Source: Opitutales bacterium (GTDB lineage Bacteria > Verrucomicrobiota > Verrucomicrobiia > Opitutales > UBA953). From it: a DNA stretch of 29,813 bases. Positions 9,184-16,856 of the stretch are shown here, one piece after another. Every line of letters begins with the position of its first letter. Position 1 is the first letter of the stretch. Both the position numbers and the translations under genes were made by a program. Location: contig CAXNEN010000001.1 in the NCBI GenBank assembly GCA_964201505.1, positions 1 through 29,813 of the forward strand, in the 5' to 3' direction. The notes beneath the pieces were generated by a model that saw nothing but the letters and a program-made list of their open reading frames with translations, did not search any database and was not told the DNA's origin.

Positions 9184-9261
9184 GCCCCCTTCGTCTAGCC
9201 CGGTCCAGGACACCTCGTTTTCATTGAGGTAACTGGGGTTCGAATCCCCAAGGGGGCGCCA
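9184..9261 (+). tRNA. tRNA-Glu (anticodon TTC), CCA encoded
   Basis: Acceptor GCCCCCT/AGGGGGC, anticodon stem CCTCG/TGAGG with loop TT-TTC-AT, T arm TGGGG-TTCGAAT-CCCCA, ends GCCA. Confidence 0.96.
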
Positions 9262-9354
9262 GGTGGAAGCTTTTTGATCCGTTTACTCCATATGGGAGGA
9301 CGGACCTTAGATTTGGGCTTACTCACATTGCCCCTTGCCTAAGTTCAAAAATTA

Positions 9355-9918
9355 ATGAAACATTGGTTCACCCTCAGCCCAGCTGGCCTAACCCCGATGA
9401 AGCTTCCTTCCGAAAAGTCCGCCGGCCGGCGTAAAAGTCGCCCCACTTTCGAGTCCCTTCAGCCTCACGAGATCGAGCTAGCTGACTTCTTCGTCCGCAT
9501 GGCCGGCATCTTAGGGGTGCCGCGCTCGGTCGCCGAGATCTACGCTCTCCTTTACGTTTCTCCCGGCCCCTTAGATTTCAACCTTATTCAAGGTCGACTT
9601 GGGATGAGCAAAGGCTCTGTCAGTCAAGGACTTAAGTTCCTAAGGGGTCATGAGATGATCCTGTCTGTCAAAGAGAAGGGAGCCCGCCGCGAATGCTGGC
9701 AACCCACCCCCTCGCTGGCCGCCTCCCTCGTCGCCTTGCTTCGCAGTCAGGTCCTGCCGGCCCTCGAGCAAGCCCAGCCATCATTACAGCGCGTGCTGGC
9801 CGACGTCCAACAGCGCGGCTCTAAACCCGAAGTGATTGAGCGCCTCACCCGGCTCAATCGCTGGAATAGCCGAGCGCTTGAGCTCGCCCCCTTACTACTC
9901 CCCCCGCCGGGAGCCTGA
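9355..9918 (+). CDS. GbsR/MarR-family winged-HTH transcriptional regulator
   Basis: ILGVPRSVAEIYALLYVS..PL...IQGRLGMSKGSVSQGLKFL...G.RRE.W pattern. Alternative start at ATG 9397. Confidence 0.8.
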   Translation: MKHWFTLSPAGLTPMKLPSEKSAGRRKSRPTFESLQPHEIELADFFVRMAGILGVPRSVAEIYALLYVSPGPLDFNLIQGRLGMSKGSVSQGLKFLRGHEMILSVKEKGARRECWQPTPSLAASLVALLRSQVLPALEQAQPSLQRVLADVQQRGSKPEVIERLTRLNRWNSRALELAPLLLPPPGA

Positions 9919-9985
9919 CCCTTACTGCCGGCTCGGCCGGTGACAGTTTCCTTAATCCGTACGTGCAGGCGAAATCTCCTCCACG

Positions 9986-9997
9986 TGCGGTAGCCTG
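9986..9997 (+). promoter_or_regulatory. ops-like element (RfaH/NusG-paralog loading site)
   Basis: TGCGGTAGCCTG matches the ops consensus GGCGGTAGnnTG at every specified position except the first; sense strand, about 90 nt upstream of the first biosynthetic gene. Confidence 0.55.
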
Positions 9998-10046
9998 CCC
10001 AAATACCGCGCTCAAAAAAACCGGAAACCGGAAAGCAAGAAGTTAC

Positions 10047-10072
10047 CCCAGCCAATATTCCGGTTCCCCTTT
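10047..10072 (+). repeat. Conserved intergenic C-motif, copy 0 (shortened)
   Basis: CCCAGCCAATATTCCGGTTCCCCTTT, a variant with one heptamer core; the complementary AACCGGAAACCGGAAA lies at 10019-10034. Confidence 0.7.
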
Positions 10073-10089
10073 AATCTCCTAAATCTTCT

Positions 10090-10527
10090 ATGCGTATCGC
10101 CATCACCTCCGGCTATTTCGACCCGATGCATCGAGGCCATCTCGAGCTCCTAGACCTCTCCCGCACCCAAGGCGACGCCCTTTGGGTCATCGTCAATACC
10201 GACGCCCAAGCTGCCTTGAAGAAGGGCAAGGCCTTCATCGATCAGGATACTCGCCTGGCGGTGACCTCCGCGCTGCGCGTCGTCGACCGTGCCGTGCTCT
10301 CGGTCGACACGGACGGCTCAGTCTGCGCCACGCTCGACTGGCTCATCGGCGAGGCCAAGGCCCAAGGCCATGAGGCCATCTTCTGCAAAGGCGGCGATCG
10401 CCACGCCGGCAACATCCCCGAGATGACGGTGCTCAATAAGCATGGTGCGAAGCTCATCGACGGCTTGGGCGCCAAGATTGACAGCAGTTCCCGTATTATC
10501 GCCCAAGCTAAAAAGCCTTCCGCTTGA
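10090..10527 (+). CDS. Cytidylyltransferase-like nucleotidyltransferase (TagD/RfaE-II/RibL type)
   Basis: SGYFDPMHRGH (HxGH motif), VIVNTD, LKKGK, FCKGGDR, KIDSSSRI. Confidence 0.85.
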   Translation: MRIAITSGYFDPMHRGHLELLDLSRTQGDALWVIVNTDAQAALKKGKAFIDQDTRLAVTSALRVVDRAVLSVDTDGSVCATLDWLIGEAKAQGHEAIFCKGGDRHAGNIPEMTVLNKHGAKLIDGLGAKIDSSSRIIAQAKKPSA

Positions 10528-10559
10528 ACGAAAACCTTTCCTGACTCATCACCTATCAT

Positions 10560-11621
10560 ATGAAAAAACGCGCGCTCATCACGGGTATCACGGGCCAAGA
10601 CGGTTCGTACCTCGCCGAATTCCTCCTCGCCAAGGGCTATGAGGTTCACGGCATCATCCGCCGCTCCTCCTCCTTCAACACGTCGCGTATCGAGCACCTC
10701 TACATGGAGGACCTCGTGCGCGATATCCACACGAAGAAGATTCAGCTCCACTACGGCGACCTCGGCGACGCGACGGGCCTGATCCGCCTGATCGGCGACA
10801 TCCAGCCAGATGAGATCTACAACCTTGGCGCAATGTCCCACGTGAAGGTGTCTTTCGACATCCCAGAATATACCGCTGACACGGACGGCCTCGGTACGCT
10901 TCGCCTCCTCGAGGCGATTCGCATTCTGAAGATGGAGAAGAAGGTCCGCATCTACCAGGCCTCGACCTCCGAACTCTACGGCAAGGTCGTCGAAGTGCCG
11001 CAGTCCGAGACGACACCCTTCTACCCGCGCAGCCCTTACGGTGTCGCCAAAATCTACGCCTACTGGATCACCCGCAACTACCGCGAGGCCTACGGCATGT
11101 TCGCCTCCAACGGGATCCTCTTCAATCACGAGTCTGAGCGCCGCGGCGAGACGTTCGTCACCCGCAAGATTTCCCTCGCGGTCGCTAATATCATCCACGG
11201 CCGCCAGGACTGCCTCTTCCTCGGTAACCTTTCCTCTCAGCGTGACTGGGGCTACGCTCCCGACTTCGTGCAGTGCATGTGGCTCATCCTGCAGCACAAG
11301 CAGCCGGACGACTTCGTTATCGCGACGGGTAAGATGTACACGGTCCGCGAATTCTGCACCCACGCTTTTCGCCATGCCGGCATCGAACTCGTCTGGCAGG
11401 GCACGGGCGCCGACGAGAAGGGCGTTGACTGCAAGACGGGCAAGACGCTCGTCGCCGTCGACCCGCGCTACTTCCGCCCGACCGAGGTCGAGCAGCTGCT
11501 CGGCAACCCGGCCAAGGCCGTCCGCGAGCTGGGCTGGAATCCGCAGCAGACCTCCTTCGAACAGCTGGTCCAGAAGATGGTCGACCATGACTTGAAGTTG
11601 GTCGCCCACGAAAACCGCTGA
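10560..11621 (+). CDS. gmd: GDP-mannose 4,6-dehydratase
   Basis: [74 protein letters not shown]. Confidence 0.98.
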   Translation: MKKRALITGITGQDGSYLAEFLLAKGYEVHGIIRRSSSFNTSRIEHLYMEDLVRDIHTKKIQLHYGDLGDATGLIRLIGDIQPDEIYNLGAMSHVKVSFDIPEYTADTDGLGTLRLLEAIRILKMEKKVRIYQASTSELYGKVVEVPQSETTPFYPRSPYGVAKIYAYWITRNYREAYGMFASNGILFNHESERRGETFVTRKISLAVANIIHGRQDCLFLGNLSSQRDWGYAPDFVQCMWLILQHKQPDDFVIATGKMYTVREFCTHAFRHAGIELVWQGTGADEKGVDCKTGKTLVAVDPRYFRPTEVEQLLGNPAKAVRELGWNPQQTSFEQLVQKMVDHDLKLVAHENR

Positions 11622-12562
11622 TGGGCCGCACTGCAAAAATCTACGTCGCCGGCCACCGCGGGATGGTCGGCTCCGCCATCGTCCGCGCGCTCCGCGCCGC
11701 TGGCCATACGGCTATCGTCACACGTTCGTCCGCCGAGCTCGACCTTCGCGACGGCGCCGCGACCCGCGCGTTCCTCGACGCGGAGAAGCCGGACGCCGTC
11801 GTCATGGCCGCTGCGCGCGTCGGCGGCATCAAGGCCAACTCGACCGAGCCGTACGATTTCCTTTACGATAATCTGGCGATGGCCGCTAACGTCATCGACG
11901 GCTCCCGCCGCGCCGGCGTCCGCAAGCTACTCTTCCTCGGCTCGAGCTGCATCTACCCCAAGCTAGCCCCGCAGCCGATCCGCGAGGACTCCCTGCTCAC
12001 GGGCCCGCTCGAGGTCACCAACGAAGCCTACGCGGTTGCGAAGATTGCCGGCATCAAGCTCTGCGATCACGCGCGCGCCCAGTATGGCTGCGACTTCATC
12101 AGTGCGATGCCCTGCAATCTCTACGGTACGGGCGATAACTTCTCGCTGGAGAATTCACACGTGTTGCCTGCCCTCATCCGTAAGATGCATGAGGCTAAGC
12201 TCCGAGGTGACGCCGCGCTCCGCCTCTGGGGTACGGGCACGCCGTTCCGCGAATTCCTACACGCTGACGATCTTGCGGAGGCCTGCGTTCTCCTCCTTGA
12301 GCGCTACTCCCAAGCGGGACATATCAACGTCGGCTCCGGCGAAGAACTCACCATCCGCCAGCTCGCAGAATTAATCGCGCGCGAAGTCAGCTTCACCGGA
12401 CGCTTAGAATTCGACCCAACGATGCCCGACGGCACCCCACGCAAGCTGATGGACATCTCGCGTATTCGCGCGCTCGGCTGGAAGCCACGTATCGCGCTCA
12501 AGGAAGGCATCCGCGGTGCCTACGCTTGGTATCTTGCCCATTCCGCCGAAGCGCGGAAGTAA
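11621..12562 (+). CDS. fcl: GDP-L-fucose synthase
   Basis: YVAGHRGMVGSA, AARVGGIKAN, LFLGSSCIYPK, TNEAYAVAKIAG, MPCNLYG, SHVLPAL, WGTGTPFREFLH, PDGTPRKL; coupled to gmd. Confidence 0.97.
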   Translation: MGRTAKIYVAGHRGMVGSAIVRALRAAGHTAIVTRSSAELDLRDGAATRAFLDAEKPDAVVMAAARVGGIKANSTEPYDFLYDNLAMAANVIDGSRRAGVRKLLFLGSSCIYPKLAPQPIREDSLLTGPLEVTNEAYAVAKIAGIKLCDHARAQYGCDFISAMPCNLYGTGDNFSLENSHVLPALIRKMHEAKLRGDAALRLWGTGTPFREFLHADDLAEACVLLLERYSQAGHINVGSGEELTIRQLAELIAREVSFTGRLEFDPTMPDGTPRKLMDISRIRALGWKPRIALKEGIRGAYAWYLAHSAEARK

Positions 12563-12573
12563 GAGTAGCGTTA

Positions 12574-12606
12574 GTTGACCCGTTGACCAGCTGACCCGTT
12601 GACCAG
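12574..12606 (+). repeat. Octamer tandem array X (GTTGACCM x4)
   Basis: gttgaccc gttgacca gctgaccc gttgacca; inverted partner ctggtcaa cttgtcaa at about 12835-12851. Confidence 0.85.
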
Positions 12607-12616
12607 ATGAAAGCTA

Positions 12617-12764
12617 TTTCAGGTCTCAGGTCTCGGCCCTCAGGTCTCTGGTACGGGTTATCAGGTACAGGTGCGGGTGCAGGGGTAAAATTCAGATCCC
12701 GAACTTGTACCCGAACCTGGTCACCTGAACCCGGCACCCGACGGCTGAGACCCGAGACCTGAAA
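12617..12764 (+). repeat. 148-bp hairpin element B, copy 1 (MITE-like)
   Basis: Terminal inverted repeats TTTCAGGTCTCAGGTCTCGGCC / GGCTGAGACCCGAGACCTGAAA (20 of 22 complementary); near-identical copies at 18916 and 25896. Confidence 0.85.
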
Positions 12765-12779
12765 ATGTGTTCTGCCCCG

Positions 12780-12810
12780 CCAATCATCCGGTCTCCGGTT
12801 CCCCTTTGAG
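12780..12810 (+). repeat. Conserved intergenic C-motif, copy 1
   Basis: CCAATCATCCGGTCTCCGGTTCCCCTTTGAG. Confidence 0.9.
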
Positions 12811-12866
12811 CCAGTCCGTTGTCTTCCTTGTCCACTGGTCAACTTGTCAACCGGCCAGCTAGATTG

Positions 12867-12912
12867 CCCCCTTGTCCACGTGCCCACGTGCCCCCTTGCC
12901 CCCTGAACTAAA
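12867..12912 (+). repeat. Octamer leader array Y abutting the kdsB start
   Basis: cccccttg tccacgtg cccacgtg cccccttg ccccctga actaaa ATG. Confidence 0.85.
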
Positions 12913-13647
12913 ATGCCCTCCGTCACTCTCTGTATTCCCGCCCGCATTGCCTCCACGCGTTTGCCCCGCAAGGTCCTGCTCGATCTCGGCGGTAAGCCGG
13001 TCGTGCAGCATGTCTGGGAACGCGCCAAGCAGGTCCGCCAAGCGGATCGCGTCGTGTTGCTCACGGATTCGGAAGAAGTCGCAGCCGTTGCGCGTGGCTT
13101 CGGTGCAGAGGTCTTGATGACTGACCCAGCCTGTCCTTCAGGTACGGCCCGCATGGCCAGCGTCATCGACCATCTGCCTGGCGACTTCTTCCTCAACGTC
13201 CAAGGCGATGAGCCGTTCATCCAGCCGGAGTTACTCGATGGGCTCATCACGCGCTGGAAGGAGACGAAGTGCCCGTTGGTCACCGCGGTTTCAAAAATCC
13301 ATGCGACCGAACGCCTACTTGCGACGAGCGTCGTGAAGGTCGTCCGCGCTGAGAACGGTGAAGCAATCTACTTCTCGCGTAGCCCGATCCCGCACCTCCG
13401 CGGCGTCGATCCGTCCGAATGGGTCAAGCGTCGCGACTATTGGGTTCATATCGGTGTCTATGGTTATGACCGCGCGACGCTCGCCGGCTACGCCCAGCTA
13501 AAGCCGACTGAGCTCGAGTCTACCGAATCGCTCGAGCAGCTTCGCTTCCTCGCCCACGGCCTCACCTTCCAGACGGTCGTCACGGATTATCACCCGGTCG
13601 CCATCGATACGCCTGAAGACCTCGAAGCCGCCCGGAAGATGATGTGA
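12913..13647 (+). CDS. kdsB: 3-deoxy-manno-octulosonate cytidylyltransferase (CMP-Kdo synthetase)
   Basis: IPARIASTRLPRKVL, PSGTARM, NVQGDEPF, VKVV, AIYFSRSPIP, HIGVYGY, ESLEQLRFL, IDTPEDL. Confidence 0.95.
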   Translation: MPSVTLCIPARIASTRLPRKVLLDLGGKPVVQHVWERAKQVRQADRVVLLTDSEEVAAVARGFGAEVLMTDPACPSGTARMASVIDHLPGDFFLNVQGDEPFIQPELLDGLITRWKETKCPLVTAVSKIHATERLLATSVVKVVRAENGEAIYFSRSPIPHLRGVDPSEWVKRRDYWVHIGVYGYDRATLAGYAQLKPTELESTESLEQLRFLAHGLTFQTVVTDYHPVAIDTPEDLEAARKMM

Positions 13648-13667
13648 CGCGCCGAAGGCGCGGCACA

Positions 13668-13934
13668 AGAGGCCCAGAGGCTCGGTTGACCAGAAGATGT
13701 AATGTGAGTTGACCCGTTGACCAGCTGGTCAGTTGACAAGAGAGACAACCTCTCAAGGGGAGACCGGAAACCGGAAATTTAGCTTCGGTTATATGTCCCC
13801 CACCAATCATCCGGTCTCCGGTTTCCCTTGGAGCTAACCCCGTGCCTTCCTTGCCCACTGGTCAACTTGTCAACCTGCCAGCTAGTGTGCTTCTGAGCCT
13901 CCAAGCCTCTCGCCCTCAAGCCCTCCAGCCCTCC
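13668..13934 (+). repeat. Nested inverted-repeat spacer between kdsB and kdsD (Z, X, anti-C, C, D/X', Z')
   Basis: gaggccca gaggctcg; gttgaccc gttgacca...gttgacaa; aaggggagaccggaaaccggaaa (13755-13777); C-motif 13803-13833; ctggtcaa cttgtcaa; gagcctcc aagcctct cgccctca agccctcc agccctcc. Confidence 0.85.
13803..13833 (+). repeat. Conserved intergenic C-motif, copy 2
   Basis: CCAATCATCCGGTCTCCGGTTTCCCTTGGAG. Confidence 0.88.
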
Positions 13935-13954
13935 ACTCTCCTCATCCCACTCCC

Positions 13955-14929
13955 ATGTCCACTCCCCTGAACTCCGCCCGTGCTCTCCTCCAGGCTGAAG
14001 CTGCCGCGCTCGCCGAACTCGCCACGCGGCTCGACGGCTCCTTTACGCAAGCCGTCGACCTCATCGCCGGGCACTCCGGCAAGGTCGTGCTCTGCGGCGT
14101 CGGCAAGTCTGGTCTCATCGGGCAGAAGATTGCCGCGACGCTGTGCAGCACGGGCACGCCCGCGATTTTCCTCCACGCCGGTGACGCGGTGCACGGCGAC
14201 CTCGGCATCCTTCAGCCCGGCGATCCGGTGGTGGTGATTTCTCGCTCTGGCACCACCGCCGAACTGGTCCGCCTGATCCCAGTGCTGCGCTCCTTCAAGT
14301 CCCCCATCATCGCCATTGTCGGCAACACGCAGTCGCCTTTGGCGACGCAATCCGACGTGGTCCTCGATATCGGCGCCCGCCCCGAAGCCGATCCGCTCGG
14401 CTTGGTGCCAACCACGAGTGCACTCCTGACCCTCGCCCTCGGCGACGCGCTCGCGGCGGCCCTCATGACGAAGCGCGGCTTCGGCCCCGCCGACTTTGCG
14501 CGAATCCACCCAGCCGGGCAGCTGGGTCGTAACCTGTCGCTCACCGTGGGCGAGGCGCTGCAGCCGCTCGAACGGTGTGCGTGCGCCCAGCCGGGCGATT
14601 CGCTCCGTGATACGGTCATCGCGATGACCCGTCATCCCCATGGCGCCGCCTGCGTGCTTGCCGCTGACGGGACGCTTGCCGGTCTCATCACGGACGGCGA
14701 TCTCCGGCGCGCGCTCAGCCGCGGGGTCGATATCAACGCCGCCCGGGCCGCCGACATCATGACAGTCAATCCCGTGCGCGCTCATGCCCCCATGTCCCTC
14801 GGCGAGGCGGCGCGCATCATGGAGGACCGCCCTTCGCAGATTTCCGTACTACCAGTCACCGACGCTGCGTCCAACCGCTGTCTCGGGCTCATTCGCATCC
14901 ATGATATTTATCAGGCCGGGATTGTTTGA
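13955..14929 (+). CDS. kdsD: Arabinose-5-phosphate isomerase (KdsD/KpsF/GutQ; SIS + CBS pair)
   Basis: GVGKSGLIGQKIAATLCSTGTPA, AVHGDLG, SRSGTTAEL, PTTS, HPAGQLG, GLITDGDLRR. Confidence 0.93.
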   Translation: MSTPLNSARALLQAEAAALAELATRLDGSFTQAVDLIAGHSGKVVLCGVGKSGLIGQKIAATLCSTGTPAIFLHAGDAVHGDLGILQPGDPVVVISRSGTTAELVRLIPVLRSFKSPIIAIVGNTQSPLATQSDVVLDIGARPEADPLGLVPTTSALLTLALGDALAAALMTKRGFGPADFARIHPAGQLGRNLSLTVGEALQPLERCACAQPGDSLRDTVIAMTRHPHGAACVLAADGTLAGLITDGDLRRALSRGVDINAARAADIMTVNPVRAHAPMSLGEAARIMEDRPSQISVLPVTDAASNRCLGLIRIHDIYQAGIV

Positions 14930-14945
14930 GCTGCCACTGTGTTGG

Positions 14946-15068
14946 GTAGGGACGTGATTGCCATCACGTCCGTTCGCTTGAAGCCGCTGGAGGCTGATTA
15001 ATTCGGCTAAGGCCCGACGACTTTACGACCTCGGTTTCGAACGGCGGCGATAGCAATCGCCGCCCTAC
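14946..15068. repeat. GTAG-REP doublet (REPIN/BIME-like), 123 bp, copy 1
   Basis: GTAG-GGACGTGAT-TGCC-ATCACGTCC-GTTCGC, 60-bp spacer, inverted CGAAC-GGCGGCGAT-AGCA-ATCGCCGCC-CTAC. Confidence 0.88.
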
Positions 15069-15076
15069 CCAAGACA

Positions 15077-15104
15077 CCCAGCCAATCATCCGGTCTCCCC
15101 TTGG
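15077..15104 (+). repeat. Conserved intergenic C-motif, copy 3 (one heptamer deleted)
   Basis: CCCAGCCAATCATCCGGTCTCCCCTTGG. Confidence 0.8.
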
Positions 15105-15120
15105 TTGCCATCTTTCTTCC

Positions 15121-15154
15121 GCCACCTGCCACCTGAGGCCGCCACCTGCCACCC
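15121..15154 (+). repeat. Heptamer array W (GCCACCT) upstream of the ligase-like gene
   Basis: gccacct gccacct gaggcc gccacct gccaccc. Confidence 0.75.
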
Positions 15155-15186
15155 GAAGCGTTTCAAGCCCTCCTGTCCTCCCTTAA

Positions 15187-16854
15187 ATGTCCTCCTCCTC
15201 CAAATTCACCTCCCGTGAACTGACCGTGATGATCCTCGCCGGAATCATCTTGTTGCTCGCGCCGTGGGGCTGGGCCGGCGTGGTGCTTTGGACGGTTTGC
15301 GCGGCGTTAGGTTTTGCGACCGCCGCGTTCTTGGCGGTCTTCACCGAGGCGCGGGCGCAACGACTCGCGATGGCGGTATGGTCGATCGGCCTACTGATCG
15401 CCCTAATCTCCGCGGCGGTCGAAGGCCATAGCCTCTTTACCTATCGCTGGCTGGATTACGTCTGCTTCCCGTTCTGTGCGCTCCTCGGCTCGGCGCTGGC
15501 TTCCTTTCTCCTTTCGCGTGACCTGACTTCGTATCCCGCCTCCGACGCTCGCTGGGAACTCTTCCGCTCGGTGCCTTTCTGGGCCGGCGTCGCGCTCTTC
15601 GCCTACTTCGCCATCCAGGATCTCAATGCCTGGGGTATCGTCGTCGATCGCGAGGCCTTTTGGGCGAAGCAAGGCCTGCCGGGCATCGAGGTCGGTAAGT
15701 TCGACGTCCGCCTTCAACCTTACCTGAGCTGGCTTCCTTCGGGCCTGAACGCTCCGTTCTCCGCCGACGATACGTCACAGCAGCCGATGAACGCCTGGCG
15801 CATGATGATGATTCTCGGTGCGCCTTGGCTGCTTTTCTGCGCGTTGCGCTCCGGACTTCGTCGCCGTCGCTCCTACGTCATCCTCGCCTGGGTCTCGGTG
15901 CTCATGTCCGGCGTTATCGGGGTCTTCGGCTTTCTCAGCCAGTATTCCTACGGCACGATCCTCGGCTATCCGGTGCCATTCAACGCCGTCTGCTTCGGTC
16001 CCTTCCTGTGCCGCAATCATGCCGGCGTGTATCTCTATCTCCACGCTGCCCTCGCGTTGGCGCTGACCTTTTGGCACATCCGGCGCGCGTCCGGCGACGC
16101 GATGCGCGGCGGCCCTCATCTGGTCGGCGCCTTCCTGGCCTTCGCCTTGAGCTTACTCGTCGCTCTCACCGGGAGCACCGCGGGCGTCGCGGTGGCCCTG
16201 GCGCTGATGTGCATCTCGGTTCCGCTCGCCTATTTCTTCGGCTTCCCGGGTTCACAGGGTTCGCGCCGGCAGATCATCGCAATCACGGGGGCTTCGATGG
16301 CAGTCGCCGCCGCCGCGATTCTGGCCACGGCCGACCTCAATCCAATCCTCGACCGCTTCAAGCAGAAGGCGGCGGCTTACCAGCTAGCCGGTACTGACGA
16401 TCGGGCGCCGCTCCGTCACGCCACCATAGCGCTCATCGCCGACGGTGCCCAGAGTGAGCGCGTTTGGGTCGGCTTCGGCGCCGGCTCTTACCGCTGGATT
16501 GCGCCACCTTATCAGGCGCAGCAGAAGGAGCTGCAGCGCGACGGCCGGCTCTTCTACCGCTCGATCCATGCGCACAACGATTGGCTGGAGATGCTCGCGG
16601 AGTGGGGCATCCTCGGGGTGCTTCCGGTCTTGGCCGGCCTCCTCTGGCTGAGTCGACGGATCATCCGCGCTTTCCACGCGGGCCATCCGGAAACGGTGCC
16701 GCTTGCGCTGGTGCTCCTGCTGATGGCGGCTCATGCCGCGATTGACTTGCTCATCTGGTTCACGCCGTTGATGTTCGCGGCCGCCTTCATCGCGGCCGCC
16801 ATGCTCTGCCTCACCGAACAGTCTTCGGCCGAGAGGGAACGCAAACTTCCCTGA
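15187..16854 (+). CDS. O-antigen ligase family (Wzy_C/WaaL-like) polytopic membrane protein
   Basis: Many TM segments; GPFLCRNHAGVYL, TGSTAG, GFGAGSY and HAHNDWLEMLAEWGILG motifs typical of O-antigen ligase family members. Confidence 0.8.
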   Translation: MSSSSKFTSRELTVMILAGIILLLAPWGWAGVVLWTVCAALGFATAAFLAVFTEARAQRLAMAVWSIGLLIALISAAVEGHSLFTYRWLDYVCFPFCALLGSALASFLLSRDLTSYPASDARWELFRSVPFWAGVALFAYFAIQDLNAWGIVVDREAFWAKQGLPGIEVGKFDVRLQPYLSWLPSGLNAPFSADDTSQQPMNAWRMMMILGAPWLLFCALRSGLRRRRSYVILAWVSVLMSGVIGVFGFLSQYSYGTILGYPVPFNAVCFGPFLCRNHAGVYLYLHAALALALTFWHIRRASGDAMRGGPHLVGAFLAFALSLLVALTGSTAGVAVALALMCISVPLAYFFGFPGSQGSRRQIIAITGASMAVAAAAILATADLNPILDRFKQKAAAYQLAGTDDRAPLRHATIALIADGAQSERVWVGFGAGSYRWIAPPYQAQQKELQRDGRLFYRSIHAHNDWLEMLAEWGILGVLPVLAGLLWLSRRIIRAFHAGHPETVPLALVLLLMAAHAAIDLLIWFTPLMFAAAFIAAAMLCLTEQSSAERERKLP

Positions 16855-16856
16855 CC

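Noticed and set aside
6326-14785. Long antisense or alternative-frame ORFs (e.g. 6366-7226, 6326-7216, 6913-7794, 10242-11636, 12498-13283, 13916-14785)
   Set aside because: They shadow well-supported genes in GC-rich DNA with strong codon bias and show no recognisable motifs.
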